Below are positions 52,701-62,051 of a stretch of 64,000 nucleotides of DNA, piece after piece (the stretch's first letter is position 1; the number at the start of each line of letters is the position of its first letter). The stretch spans positions 485,119 to 549,118 of the forward strand of contig CASFKG010000001.1 in the NCBI GenBank assembly GCA_949295325.1, in the 5' to 3' direction. The translations under genes were made by a program, and so were the position numbers. The notes beneath the pieces are model-generated. The model worked only from the letters and a program-made list of their open reading frames with translations. It was not told the origin of the DNA and searched no databases. The DNA comes from an uncultured bacterium. Its GTDB lineage: Bacteria; Bacillota_I; Bacilli_A; RFN20; CAG-826.

Positions 52701-54797
52701 ATGAAAATAAAACCGATCACCACTTTGCGCGACAGCGAACTCGTGACCAATCTGGTCAAAGACGGGGAGCCATTGCTTCTTACCAAGAACGGCGAGGAAG
52801 CCCTCGTCGTCTTGTCCCCGAAAAACTACTTGAAAGAAACGGCCGCTTCCGGGCGGAAAGTATATGGTGTCCCGTATGGCGATATCTCCGATCCTTTGGG
52901 ATTCGTGCGTGTCGAAGCCAGGCCGATAGAGGTCAAAGTAGCCAACGTAAAGCATAACCAGAAGGAAATCATCAAAGCCATGGAAGAGGCCAAGGCCAAG
53001 GGCGTCCACGTTCTTTTGCTACCCGAGCTTTGCCTTACCGCCTATACCTGCGGGGACCTCTTTTACGACTCTACCTTACTGGAAAATGCAAAAGAGGCAT
53101 TGGGGGAAATCGTCGAAAAATCGAAGGAATTGGACGGCGTGTTGACCGTGATCGGCATGCCTTTGGAAGTGTCGGACCGCCTTTACAACGTAGCTGTTGC
53201 CTATACAGGAGGTAGGATACTTGCCGTTATCCCGAAGGAGAACATTCCAAATTACAAGGAGTTCTACGAAGCCAGGTATTTTGCCAAAGCAGACAAGGAA
53301 AACAGAGAAATCGAACTTTTGGGCCAGAGGGTCCCTTTCGGAAACAAGGTCATTCTTGTCGATAGCAACTATCCGGACTTGAAGATAGGGATCGAAATAT
53401 GCGAGGACCTCTGGGTCATGGACCCGCCTTCCACCGGCCTAGCCAAAGCCGGCGCCGACTTGATCCTCAATATGTCGGCATCCAACGAAACCGTAGGTAA
53501 AGCGTCCTATCGGAAAGGACTCGTGGAGTCGACTTCCGCGCGACTTCTGTGCGCTTATGCCTATGCCAGCGCCGGGAGGGGAGAATCCTCCACCGATTTG
53601 GTTTTCGGGGGGCATTGTCTCATAACGGAAAACGGGAATTGCCTAAGCGAGAGCAGGCTATTCGAAATGGTTTCGGCGATAGCGGATATCGATTTGGAAC
53701 GGCTCAAGGCCGAGCGGATAAGGCTTACCAGCGTCACCACCACGAACGCTTCGTACGACGTTTGCTATTTCACGCTCCCGCTAGAGAAGCCGGGCAAACT
53801 CCTAAGGCATTATGACCGGAATCCCTTTATCCCGGACGGAGACGTCGATACCGAACGCGTATCCCTGATTATCAGAATGCAGGCCGAAGGATTATCCAAA
53901 AGGTTGCAGGCCACGAAAAGTCGTAAAGCCGTGGTCGGCTTGAGCGGTGGGCTGGATTCGACTTTGGCGTTGCTCGTGGCCGTCGAGGCTTTCAAATTGC
54001 TTGATTTGGATCTCAAGAACATCGAAGCGATAACCCTGCCTTGTTTCGGAACGAGCAAAAGGACGCACGACAACGCGGAGCTCCTGGCAAAGTCCTTGGG
54101 GGTTTCGTTTAAGGAAATCGATATAAAGGAAGCGGTCACCGTTCATTTGAGGGATATCGGGCATGAACCCTCAAAAGGAGACATCGCCTACGAGAATTCC
54201 CAAGCGAGGGAGAGGACCCAGGTACTTCTGGATTACGCTAACTCGGTAGGGGCCTTGATGGTCGGAACGGGCGATCTCAGCGAACTTTGTTTGGGTTGGA
54301 CGACCTATAACGGCGACCATATGTCCAGCTATGGTGTTAATGCTTCCATACCCAAGACACTGGTGCGTTACCTCTGCAAAGGCTATGCGATTGTCCACAA
54401 GGAAGCCGCAGCGGCCCTCAACGACATAATCGACACCCCGATTTCGCCTGAATTGCTACCCCCGGACAAACAGGGGAACATTGCCCAGAAAACGGAAGAC
54501 AAGATCGGGCCCTACGAGTTGCACGATTTCTTTATTTATCATTATTTGCGATTCCTTTATCGTCCTAGAAAACTATATGAAATAGCTAAGAATGCCTATT
54601 CGGGAATCTATGACGATCCGACCATCAAGAAATGGCTCAAGGAATTCTTCCGGCGTTTTTTCGCCAACCAGTTCAAAAGGAGCTGTTTGCCAGACGGCGC
54701 CAAGGTCGGGTCGGTCGCCATTTCCCCAAGGGGGGACTGGCGGATGCCAAGCGATGCCGATAGCGAAGCCTACCTTAGGGAAATCGATGAACTTTGA
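52701..54797 (+). CDS. nadE: Glutamine-dependent NAD+ synthetase with N-terminal Phd/YefM-like domain
   Basis: Nitrilase triad PELCLT, PK..IPNY.EFYE.RYF, EICEDLW; synthetase GLSGGLDS, ENSQARERT, GTGDLSE, QFKRS. Confidence 0.96.
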   Translation: MKIKPITTLRDSELVTNLVKDGEPLLLTKNGEEALVVLSPKNYLKETAASGRKVYGVPYGDISDPLGFVRVEARPIEVKVANVKHNQKEIIKAMEEAKAKGVHVLLLPELCLTAYTCGDLFYDSTLLENAKEALGEIVEKSKELDGVLTVIGMPLEVSDRLYNVAVAYTGGRILAVIPKENIPNYKEFYEARYFAKADKENREIELLGQRVPFGNKVILVDSNYPDLKIGIEICEDLWVMDPPSTGLAKAGADLILNMSASNETVGKASYRKGLVESTSARLLCAYAYASAGRGESSTDLVFGGHCLITENGNCLSESRLFEMVSAIADIDLERLKAERIRLTSVTTTNASYDVCYFTLPLEKPGKLLRHYDRNPFIPDGDVDTERVSLIIRMQAEGLSKRLQATKSRKAVVGLSGGLDSTLALLVAVEAFKLLDLDLKNIEAITLPCFGTSKRTHDNAELLAKSLGVSFKEIDIKEAVTVHLRDIGHEPSKGDIAYENSQARERTQVLLDYANSVGALMVGTGDLSELCLGWTTYNGDHMSSYGVNASIPKTLVRYLCKGYAIVHKEAAAALNDIIDTPISPELLPPDKQGNIAQKTEDKIGPYELHDFFIYHYLRFLYRPRKLYEIAKNAYSGIYDDPTIKKWLKEFFRRFFANQFKRSCLPDGAKVGSVAISPRGDWRMPSDADSEAYLREIDEL

Positions 54798-54834
54798 AGT
54801 GAAATCTAAAAATCGTTTGTTATAGTGAATCAAG

Positions 54835-55581
54835 ATGAAACTAAGCGAAATAAAGAAAAGACAGGAAGCGGCGAAAGCAGCGGATGTTGCCGGTGTCAAG
54901 AAAACCAAAACCGTGACGATTGTCAAAACGGGACATACGGAAACAAAGGCCGTTTTTAATGGAAAAGAAAATGAGAAAACCACCCCCTCTTCATTGGAAA
55001 AGGATATAATCACTATAACCGCAAAAACGCCCGCAAAAGAGAAAGAAAAACCGCAAAAGAAAGGTATTTTTGGTGAAATATTTAGGTTTGTGGTCGTTGG
55101 AATCATTGCTACCGTAATTGATTTAGCGGTGGAACTTTTGGCCGTTTACGGTCTTGGGTTCACCAGTCTCAGCACAATTCCCGATTATGGGTCGTACATC
55201 GTCTGGGCAATAGCCGTTGCCGCCGGCTTTTTGGTTTCCAATCTTGCCAACTTCTTTCTTTCCTTCATCTGGGTCTTCCAAAATGTGGACAGGAAGAAGA
55301 CCCGGCGTTCTTTCGGCTCGCTTTGCCTATTTACATTGTTGTCGGCAATCGGGCTATTCCTTGGAATCGGGATGCAATTGCTTGGGAACTACGTTAGCCT
55401 TTCCTGCTTCGGCATTGATTTAGGCAACCTTACCGAAGGCGCCATTTCCATCTTGACCAGCGGCGAGTACTTGACGGTCCTTGCTTTCCTAATCGTTTTC
55501 GTGCTCAAAACGGCACTTACGATGATCTATAACTACATTAGTAGAAAACTTATTATCTTTAAAAAGCCAAAATCGGAATGA
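54835..55581 (+). CDS. GtrA-family flippase-like protein with Lys-rich N-terminal extension
   Basis: EIFRFVVVGIIATVID, NFFLSFIWVF, NYISRKLIIF. Confidence 0.85.
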   Translation: MKLSEIKKRQEAAKAADVAGVKKTKTVTIVKTGHTETKAVFNGKENEKTTPSSLEKDIITITAKTPAKEKEKPQKKGIFGEIFRFVVVGIIATVIDLAVELLAVYGLGFTSLSTIPDYGSYIVWAIAVAAGFLVSNLANFFLSFIWVFQNVDRKKTRRSFGSLCLFTLLSAIGLFLGIGMQLLGNYVSLSCFGIDLGNLTEGAISILTSGEYLTVLAFLIVFVLKTALTMIYNYISRKLIIFKKPKSE

Positions 55582-55587
55582 CGGCAA

Positions 55588-56079
55588 TCATTCGTCTTTA
55601 TAGACGGTTATGATTTTGGAAACCTTCTCGTGGACCTCTTCTCCGGGATCTTCGTAATTTTGGGCCATCGATGAAATGACCTCATCCGGAACCCATTTTT
55701 CCTCGTCCCTTTGTTTGTTCCGGAACAGGCAACCGCTGTAGTCGTGCATTTTAAGCAGATAAAGGTCTATCTCGTCGAAATGAGGAAGGTTGTCGATGAA
55801 ATAAAGACGTCTCTCGTCATAAAGCATCGTGGTGTCGAATATGATGGTAATGGATTTGTTTCCGTAATAAGCGGACTTGGCCAATTCGATCATCTTGTCA
55901 TAAACCGGCATCATGTTCTTGCCGGGAGGGAAGTCTTTGTAACTACCGCACATTTCCTTCCTCACCTCGTCGGCAGCGATGATCAGGCAATTCTCGTCAC
56001 CGTGTTCTTCAACATACTTTTTGGCGAAAGTCGACTTTCCGATTCCGGCGGGGCCACAGATGAGCAAGAGTTTTTTCAC
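55588..56079 (-). CDS. AAA_33 / Pnk-like P-loop kinase
   Basis: GPAGIGKST, DEVRK, FDTT, RNKQR...VP. Confidence 0.85.
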   Translation of the reverse strand: MKKLLLICGPAGIGKSTFAKKYVEEHGDENCLIIAADEVRKEMCGSYKDFPPGKNMMPVYDKMIELAKSAYYGNKSITIIFDTTMLYDERRLYFIDNLPHFDEIDLYLLKMHDYSGCLFRNKQRDEEKWVPDEVISSMAQNYEDPGEEVHEKVSKIITVYKDE

Positions 56080-56178
56080 GTTGCAATGATAGGACCCCTA
56101 CATATTTCTTTCTACTTAGATTTTTCTTGATAGGGGAATAACGATGTTTATAGTCAAAATAGAGCGGAGGAGGACACC

Positions 56179-57516
56179 ATGTTGACCAAAGGGCAAATTA
56201 TAGACATCGCAAAGAAGGAGGGCGTGCGTTACGTCCGCCTTCAATTCACGGATATTCTGGGCAATATAAAGGCCGTTGAAATTTCAGTCGGCCAACTCGA
56301 AGACGCGTTGGACAACAAAATAATGTTCGACGGTTCTTCTATCGAAGGTTTCGTCCGTATCAAGGAAGCCGATATGTTCCTGCATCCCGATCTTTCCACC
56401 TTCATGGTCCTAGGCTTCGAACAGGAAGACTATGGCAAGGTCGCTAGACTCGTCTGCGATGTGTATACGGCAAACGGCCAGCCGTTCGCCGGGGACCCTA
56501 GGTACATCCTCAAACAGACAGTCGCCCACATGAAGGAAATGGGCATCGGCGAACTCGATGTCGGATTTGAACCAGAGTTCTTCCTTTTCAAACTCGATAG
56601 CGAAGGCAAGCCCATCATCGACACAATCGACCAAGCTGGATATTTCGACCTTTCCCCGATGGACGGTGGCGAATACGTCCGCCGCGAAGTGGCCATGGAA
56701 TTAGAAAAGTTGGGCTTCGTCATCCAAACGGCCCATCACGAGGTCGCCCCTGGCCAAAACGAAATCAACTTCCGATTCGCCGATGTGGTTACGGCCTGTG
56801 ACAACGTCCAAACTTTCAAACAGGTGGTCAAGGTCGTTGCCAGAAGAAGGGGTTACCTTGCTACTTTCATGCCCAAGCCCATTGCCGGCATCAACGGCTC
56901 CGGCATGCATACAAATTGCTCGCTGAGCGATGGCAAGGGAAACAACGTCTTCTACGATTCCAAGATGCCGATGGGCCTTAGTTTGTTGGCCCGCAAGTGG
57001 ATAAACGGCATCATTGCCCATGCCCGCGGATTCAGTGCCTTGACCAATCCGACCGTCAATTCCTACAAGAGGTTGATACCCGGATACGAAGCCCCCTGCT
57101 ATGTCTGCTGGAGCGACTCGAACAGAAGCGCGATGATAAGGATTCCGGCCGCAAAAGGCCCGGCCACGAGGACGGAAATCCGTTGCGTCGACCCGACTGC
57201 CAATCCCTACCTCGCCCTATCTGCCATACTGGCCAGCGGGCTTGACGGCATAAAGAACAGCAAGGACGACGAACTTGTCCCGCCGGTTTACGACGACATA
57301 TTTGCCCTTACCCGCGAGCAAAGGGAAGAACAAGGCATCGAAAACATGCCCGAGAACCTAAAAGACGCAATCAAAGAATTAAAGTCCGATCCGTTGATGA
57401 AAAAGGTTTTGGGCGAACACTGTTTCAACAAGTATGTCGAAGCCAAGGAAATCGAGTGGGATGCCTATCGCTGCTTGGTTACCGACTGGGAAATTGAAAG
57501 CTACCTGAATAAATGA
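56179..57516 (+). CDS. glnA: Glutamine synthetase type I
   Basis: FDGSSIEGF, HHEVAPGQNE, TFMPKP, NGSGMH, SYKRLIPGYEAP, NPYL. Confidence 0.98.
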   Translation: MLTKGQIIDIAKKEGVRYVRLQFTDILGNIKAVEISVGQLEDALDNKIMFDGSSIEGFVRIKEADMFLHPDLSTFMVLGFEQEDYGKVARLVCDVYTANGQPFAGDPRYILKQTVAHMKEMGIGELDVGFEPEFFLFKLDSEGKPIIDTIDQAGYFDLSPMDGGEYVRREVAMELEKLGFVIQTAHHEVAPGQNEINFRFADVVTACDNVQTFKQVVKVVARRRGYLATFMPKPIAGINGSGMHTNCSLSDGKGNNVFYDSKMPMGLSLLARKWINGIIAHARGFSALTNPTVNSYKRLIPGYEAPCYVCWSDSNRSAMIRIPAAKGPATRTEIRCVDPTANPYLALSAILASGLDGIKNSKDDELVPPVYDDIFALTREQREEQGIENMPENLKDAIKELKSDPLMKKVLGEHCFNKYVEAKEIEWDAYRCLVTDWEIESYLNK

Positions 57517-58676
57517 GGATACTCATTCTTGGCGGCGGGGCGGGCGGTCTATTTTCGGCGTTGGCGTTGAAAAAGGAAAACCCATCTCTTGAAATTCACA
57601 TCTTCGACAAGGAAGACAAGCTCGGCAAAAAGCTTTATGCGACCGGCAACGGGCATTGCAATATATCGAACCTCGGTATCGATTCGAAGTTTTACAACAA
57701 CCCTGAATTTGTGCAAAAACTGTTCGGGTTTTGCGGTTTTCAAAAAGTCTATACTTTTTTAAATGATTTTTGCATACCTACCAAAAACCTCGGAAACCTC
57801 GTCTATCCCCTGTCTTTTTCCGCCGGAAGCTTAATGGCGTCCCTCGAAATTCTCCTAAAAAACTACGGCGTTGTACCTCATACAAGCGAAAAAGCCATCG
57901 ACTATGGATCGGCGGAAGGTAAACTCGTTCTTCATACCGATAAGGGGTCATATGAAGGGGAACGTTTGATTGTGGCTACCGGGGGAGCGTCTTCCCCGAA
58001 TCTAGGAAGCGACGGCTCTTTTTACGGAGTCCTGAGAAACCACGGCTATAAGGTCAACCGCCTCAGGCCTGGTCTTACTTCCGTTCGTTGCAAAGGCGGT
58101 ATACCAAAGGCCGACGGCTCGCGTCATGAATGCTTATTAAAGGCCTTCGATAACGGCAAACTGATTTACCAAGAAGAAGGGGAAGCCGTCTTTAGACACG
58201 ACGGGCTTTCCGGTATTTGCGTCTTCAACGCCGAAAGCGTCATCGAGAGAAACTTCGAAAAAGGCCACCATTACGAAATTGTGCTCGACTTGTTCCCACA
58301 AGAAAACGCTGATGAGTTGTCCACGAAGATTTCTCGAGCCATTTCCGTCTTTGGAAAGGACTATATGCTTTGCTTTCTCGGCGAGAAACTCTCATCATAC
58401 GTGGGAGGCCGCTTGCACGACAGGGCGGATGCTCGGGAATGCGCCTGGCTTTTGAAGAACCTTGCCTTCGAATACACGGGTTCTTCCGGATTCATGCATA
58501 GCCAAGTAACGCTTGGCGGACTCGATGTTTCCGAGGTTTCCGACGAATTGGAAAGCCGTCTGGAGAAAGGCGTTTATTTCGTCGGGGAAGTCTTGGATAT
58601 CGATGGCCTTTGCGGCGGGTTCAACCTCTCTTTTGCGATTGCCTGCGCTCTGCGGGTGGCTAAAACTTGCACATAA
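57513..58676 (+). CDS. HI0933/BaiN-family flavoprotein
   Basis: GGGAGG, KLYATGNGHCN, ATGG, GLSG, GEVLDIDGLCGGFNL. Confidence 0.9.
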   Translation: MRILILGGGAGGLFSALALKKENPSLEIHIFDKEDKLGKKLYATGNGHCNISNLGIDSKFYNNPEFVQKLFGFCGFQKVYTFLNDFCIPTKNLGNLVYPLSFSAGSLMASLEILLKNYGVVPHTSEKAIDYGSAEGKLVLHTDKGSYEGERLIVATGGASSPNLGSDGSFYGVLRNHGYKVNRLRPGLTSVRCKGGIPKADGSRHECLLKAFDNGKLIYQEEGEAVFRHDGLSGICVFNAESVIERNFEKGHHYEIVLDLFPQENADELSTKISRAISVFGKDYMLCFLGEKLSSYVGGRLHDRADARECAWLLKNLAFEYTGSSGFMHSQVTLGGLDVSEVSDELESRLEKGVYFVGEVLDIDGLCGGFNLSFAIACALRVAKTCT

Positions 58677-58796
58677 GGCTTACAAACCTATGGTTTGCGG
58701 TCCTTTTCCGCGTTGACACTCTCAAGTCCGTGATTTTTAATAATTAGCGCGTTTTGGCATTCTTCAGAAGCCTGCGCTCGAGGACTATATCAATTT

Positions 58797-59732
58797 ATGA
58801 AATACGGAAACACTTCTAGATCCCTCTCTCTTTTTTTCCATGGGATCCTCGCCCTTGGCGGCGCCGTTTTGGCGGCCTACTTCGGCTTCTTCGTTCTGCC
58901 GACGACATTCGTCGACTCGACGGCGTTCATTCTGACCTACGTTCCCTTGAACCTCAAACTTGAGATGGCAATATTCGGCCTGACTGGCGCGGTTATATCC
59001 GGTTACGGTTTCTTCCAGGCCCTTCGGTCCTTATCCCATCCTAGCGACGACACACCCGTCCTCAAGAGTTTCCAGGCCTTTATAGTCCTTGGGTACGTCG
59101 CCGCTCTGTTTTTCTTCCTCAATGGCGTCGTTTATTTCGATTTGATCGCCAATACCGCTTCTAGCGGAACCAGTCCCGCCTTCGTGATAGTAGTCGCCAT
59201 CATCCTTGCCGTCGGGTGCCTTATCGCCGCCAACGTCCCGATGGTCCGTCTCTTCGACAATAAGGGACAAGACGATATGTACCGCGGCATTGCCCTCGGA
59301 TTCTCCGTGAATTTCTTCTCCGCGACCCTATTCAGCCTCATAGCGCTAATCGGCCTATTGGCCAACCAGAACTCCACTAACTTCAATAATGTCACCATGC
59401 TGATCCTTTACGTCGGATTCTCGCTGGTCGCCGGTCTGCTTGCCCTCTTCTGTGGACTCCTTCTAAAAAAGAAAGGACAGCTCTCCGGACTTCTAGGGTC
59501 CCTTGCCGTCCTTGTCGTCGGCGCGGCCTACTGCGTCTTCGGCGGCCTCGAACTGGGCTGGGGCGGAAGCACCTCCTTCCACTTCAATTCCTGGAGTACC
59601 ACGATGACCGTCGGGGGAGACGTCAATTCCTACGGCCTCGCCTGCATCGTCTTCGGCGCTGCCGTTGCCCTTGCCGCCGTCATTTGCATGCTCGTTCTCT
59701 TCAAGCCTTGGGAAAGCGAAAAGAGCGAATAG
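58797..59732 (+). CDS. Hypothetical polytopic membrane protein (about 8 TM)
   Basis: Hydrophobic ORF; TTGACA-17-TTTAAT promoter at 58713-58741; GAGGA RBS; terminator downstream. Confidence 0.75.
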   Translation: MKYGNTSRSLSLFFHGILALGGAVLAAYFGFFVLPTTFVDSTAFILTYVPLNLKLEMAIFGLTGAVISGYGFFQALRSLSHPSDDTPVLKSFQAFIVLGYVAALFFFLNGVVYFDLIANTASSGTSPAFVIVVAIILAVGCLIAANVPMVRLFDNKGQDDMYRGIALGFSVNFFSATLFSLIALIGLLANQNSTNFNNVTMLILYVGFSLVAGLLALFCGLLLKKKGQLSGLLGSLAVLVVGAAYCVFGGLELGWGGSTSFHFNSWSTTMTVGGDVNSYGLACIVFGAAVALAAVICMLVLFKPWESEKSE

Positions 59733-59750
59733 ACGATTGCTTAGCCAATT

Positions 59751-59771
59751 AAGCCCCCTAGGGGGCTTTTT
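59751..59771. terminator. Intrinsic terminator between convergent genes
   Basis: Palindrome AAGCCCCCTAGGGGGCTT followed by TTT. Confidence 0.8.
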
Positions 59772-59816
59772 AGTTGTTTTGGGAGAGACAGATCCTATCT
59801 GCCCAAAGGAATTTGA

Positions 59817-60323
59817 TTAGGATTCCCTTATTTTCTTTATAAGCGGCGAAACGAAGTCCGGGCCTAGGACGATATATTCGTCGTACATGGACTTGACTTC
59901 CTCGCTCACGGGTTCCAACTCCGAGCGAAGGTTTTCCATTGCCTTTTCCGGTACCACCCTATCGCCTTCCCGCATTTTGTTCTGCACCAGGCATATCTCG
60001 TATGGAATATCTAGATAGACAAGTACGTGCCTGTCGAATCCCGGAGTCATTTCGCAGTAGTACTTCCGGTATTTGTTTTGGAGATTCGTGGCGTCCCCGA
60101 TGACGGTGACGTCTTCGTATTTTTCCGCATAGGAATTTATGTCGTCCAGAAAAGTATCCCAGACTTCCTTTTCCTTGTTGAACTTCGATAGGGATCCGGC
60201 AATCCGCTTCCTTACCTCGTCGCTGGAGACGATGAAGGTATTTTCGTGCGTATCCTTGTAGTGGCGGGCCCAAGTCGATTTTCCCGATCCGGGGAGGGCG
60301 CTTAGCAAGATGAAAGTGCGCAT
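59817..60323 (-). CDS. AAA_33 / Pnk-like P-loop kinase (second paralog)
   Basis: ALPGSGKST, SSDEVRK, DATN, QNKMR...VP. Confidence 0.88.
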   Translation of the reverse strand: MRTFILLSALPGSGKSTWARHYKDTHENTFIVSSDEVRKRIAGSLSKFNKEKEVWDTFLDDINSYAEKYEDVTVIGDATNLQNKYRKYYCEMTPGFDRHVLVYLDIPYEICLVQNKMREGDRVVPEKAMENLRSELEPVSEEVKSMYDEYIVLGPDFVSPLIKKIRES

Positions 60324-60403
60324 CGATTGCAATATAGCACAACGGGAGGCTTCCTACCCAAGAATAAGAGGACAATGTCACAAAATTCGATTATCCTTGG
60401 CCC

Positions 60404-60997
60404 ATGGACATCAAAATAGGACGTTCCGTTTATGCCTACGACGAATCCGACCCCGTCTACGATAATGGATCAGGAACGCTTTTCGCCGCCACCGATAAGA
60501 AGGGAAAGAAGTACTTCCTTTTGCTAGCCAAGGAAGGATGTTTCGAGGGTATGGTCGATCTCAAGAAAAACCTCAAGAAGATCGGGGTCGATTCGCCCAA
60601 ACTCAAGAAAGCCGACAAGAACACCAACGCCATATTGCTGAAATATTTCGAAGGGGAGAGGGTGGACAAGCTGCTTTTCGAATCCCCTCTTTCCGACGGC
60701 ATATTCGAGGAAGCCTTCAGGTTGGCGAGATTTGCAAGGCTATCGAAATATACGCTGGACTTCGCTCCGGAAAATTTTCTCTACGGGAAGAAGGGGATGG
60801 TCTATGTCGGCACGGGACTCTATCCCCTCAAGGAAGAGAGGCGATTCGAAAGAAACGACATCCGGCTTTGGATATACACCTCCGAAGGCGTAGCCCATTT
60901 AAAGTCCCTTGGCTACGATGTCACGGGGATAGTCCCCTATAATGAAACGGAAGGCAACCGTCAAGTGGTCCTTACCGTGGTCAAAAACTACCAATAG
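60404..60997 (+). CDS. Protein-kinase-like (Bud32/Kdo/RIO fold) protein, probably inactive
   Basis: GVDSPKL...D...ILLKYFEG and DFAPENF; beta-3 Lys and DFG Asp not evident. Confidence 0.55.
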   Translation: MDIKIGRSVYAYDESDPVYDNGSGTLFAATDKKGKKYFLLLAKEGCFEGMVDLKKNLKKIGVDSPKLKKADKNTNAILLKYFEGERVDKLLFESPLSDGIFEEAFRLARFARLSKYTLDFAPENFLYGKKGMVYVGTGLYPLKEERRFERNDIRLWIYTSEGVAHLKSLGYDVTGIVPYNETEGNRQVVLTVVKNYQ

Positions 60998-61015
60998 CGA
61001 CTATAATTCCCCCAA

Positions 61016-61975
61016 ATGGATAAGGATAACGTTTTACTTTTCTCGCTAACCGCGAACCCTAACCTTGCTAAGGAGGTTTCCGAGGCCCTCGGGCTTCCAC
61101 TAGGAAACAGCCAGGTCAGCCATTTTGCCGACGGGGAAGTGATGGCGAGGACGGCCGACAACGTTCGCAATAAGAAGATATACATAATCCAGTCGACCGC
61201 GACGCCGGTAGCCGAGAGACTGATGGAGTTATTGGTCTTCATCGATGCTTTGAAGAAAGCCAAGGCCAAGGAAATAAACCTAGTGATCCCCTATTATGGC
61301 TTTTGCAGGCAGGATAGGATCGCCAAAAGGGGTGAGCCCATCACCGCGAAGTTGGTGGCGACGTTGCTCGAGACCGTCGGTATTTCGCGAATAATCACAA
61401 TGGACCTGCATACCCCGCAGATCCAAGGTTTTTTCTCCGTTCCCGTGGATGATTTGTCCCCTATTCCGCTTTTTGGCCAGTATTATCGCAGGAAATTGGC
61501 GGAAATCGGCGCAAAAACGAGAGATGTAACGGTGGTTTCTCCCGACCACGGCTCGATTCACCGAGCCCGTGACCTCGCCAGTGAACTGCCCGATTCCCAG
61601 CTTGCCATCATCGATAAAAGGCGCCCCGCTCCAAATACGGCCGAAGTCGTCAACATCGTCGGCGACGTAAAGAACCGCATCTGCGTGATGATCGACGATA
61701 TCATCGATACCGGCGGCACGGTTTTGGCTTCGGTAGAGGCTTTGTACGCCCACGGGGCGAAGGCCGTTTTGGTCGGCGGGACCCATGGCGTCTTCAGCCA
61801 CGATTCGGGCAAGGCCCTGCTTGGCTCGCGTATCAAGGATCTGGTCGTAACCAATTCCATCGAACACGATTTGCCAGGCATATCAGTCATTTCCATCGCC
61901 CCTATGATTTCGAAGATGATAGAAGTCAGCGAGGACGGCGGCGACATTCCGGATTCCTGGATGGCATTCTATTGA
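61016..61975 (+). CDS. prs: Ribose-phosphate pyrophosphokinase
   Basis: FADGE, PYYGFCRQDR, DLHTPQIQGFF, VSPD, DDIIDTGGT. Confidence 0.97.
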   Translation: MDKDNVLLFSLTANPNLAKEVSEALGLPLGNSQVSHFADGEVMARTADNVRNKKIYIIQSTATPVAERLMELLVFIDALKKAKAKEINLVIPYYGFCRQDRIAKRGEPITAKLVATLLETVGISRIITMDLHTPQIQGFFSVPVDDLSPIPLFGQYYRRKLAEIGAKTRDVTVVSPDHGSIHRARDLASELPDSQLAIIDKRRPAPNTAEVVNIVGDVKNRICVMIDDIIDTGGTVLASVEALYAHGAKAVLVGGTHGVFSHDSGKALLGSRIKDLVVTNSIEHDLPGISVISIAPMISKMIEVSEDGGDIPDSWMAFY

Positions 61976-62004
61976 TTTGAGATTATAATAGCCCCGGCTA
62001 AGGC

Positions 62005-62044
62005 ACGTGTTCTTCCTCTGAACCACGTATAAAAAACAAGGAGG
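62005..62044 (+). ncRNA. preQ1 class I riboswitch (translational)
   Basis: P1 ACGTG/CACGT, loop TTCTTCCTCTGAAC, tail ATAAAAAACAAG running into SD GGAGG; TATAAT at 61984; upstream of queT. Confidence 0.85.
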
Positions 62045-62051
62045 TCGCAAA

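Noticed and set aside
51735-55581. Classical type II toxin-antitoxin pair around the Phd-like domain
   Set aside because: No RelE/Doc/VapC-like ORF on either side; the Phd segment has no stop before the nitrilase domain
56100-56178. GlnR/TnrA box upstream of glnA
   Set aside because: Best candidate TGTTT-N7-AAATA deviates from TGTNA-N7-TNACA, and there is no adjacent glnR
58747-58780. Small leader hairpin before the 8-TM membrane gene as a riboswitch
   Set aside because: Too short and no conserved aptamer motif recognised
50919-61975. Phage-type NAD reconstitution pathway or defence island (nadE, prs, Nudix, kinases)
   Set aside because: prs and nadE look like ordinary housekeeping enzymes in separate transcription units; no Namat/NadV-like or defence genes recognised
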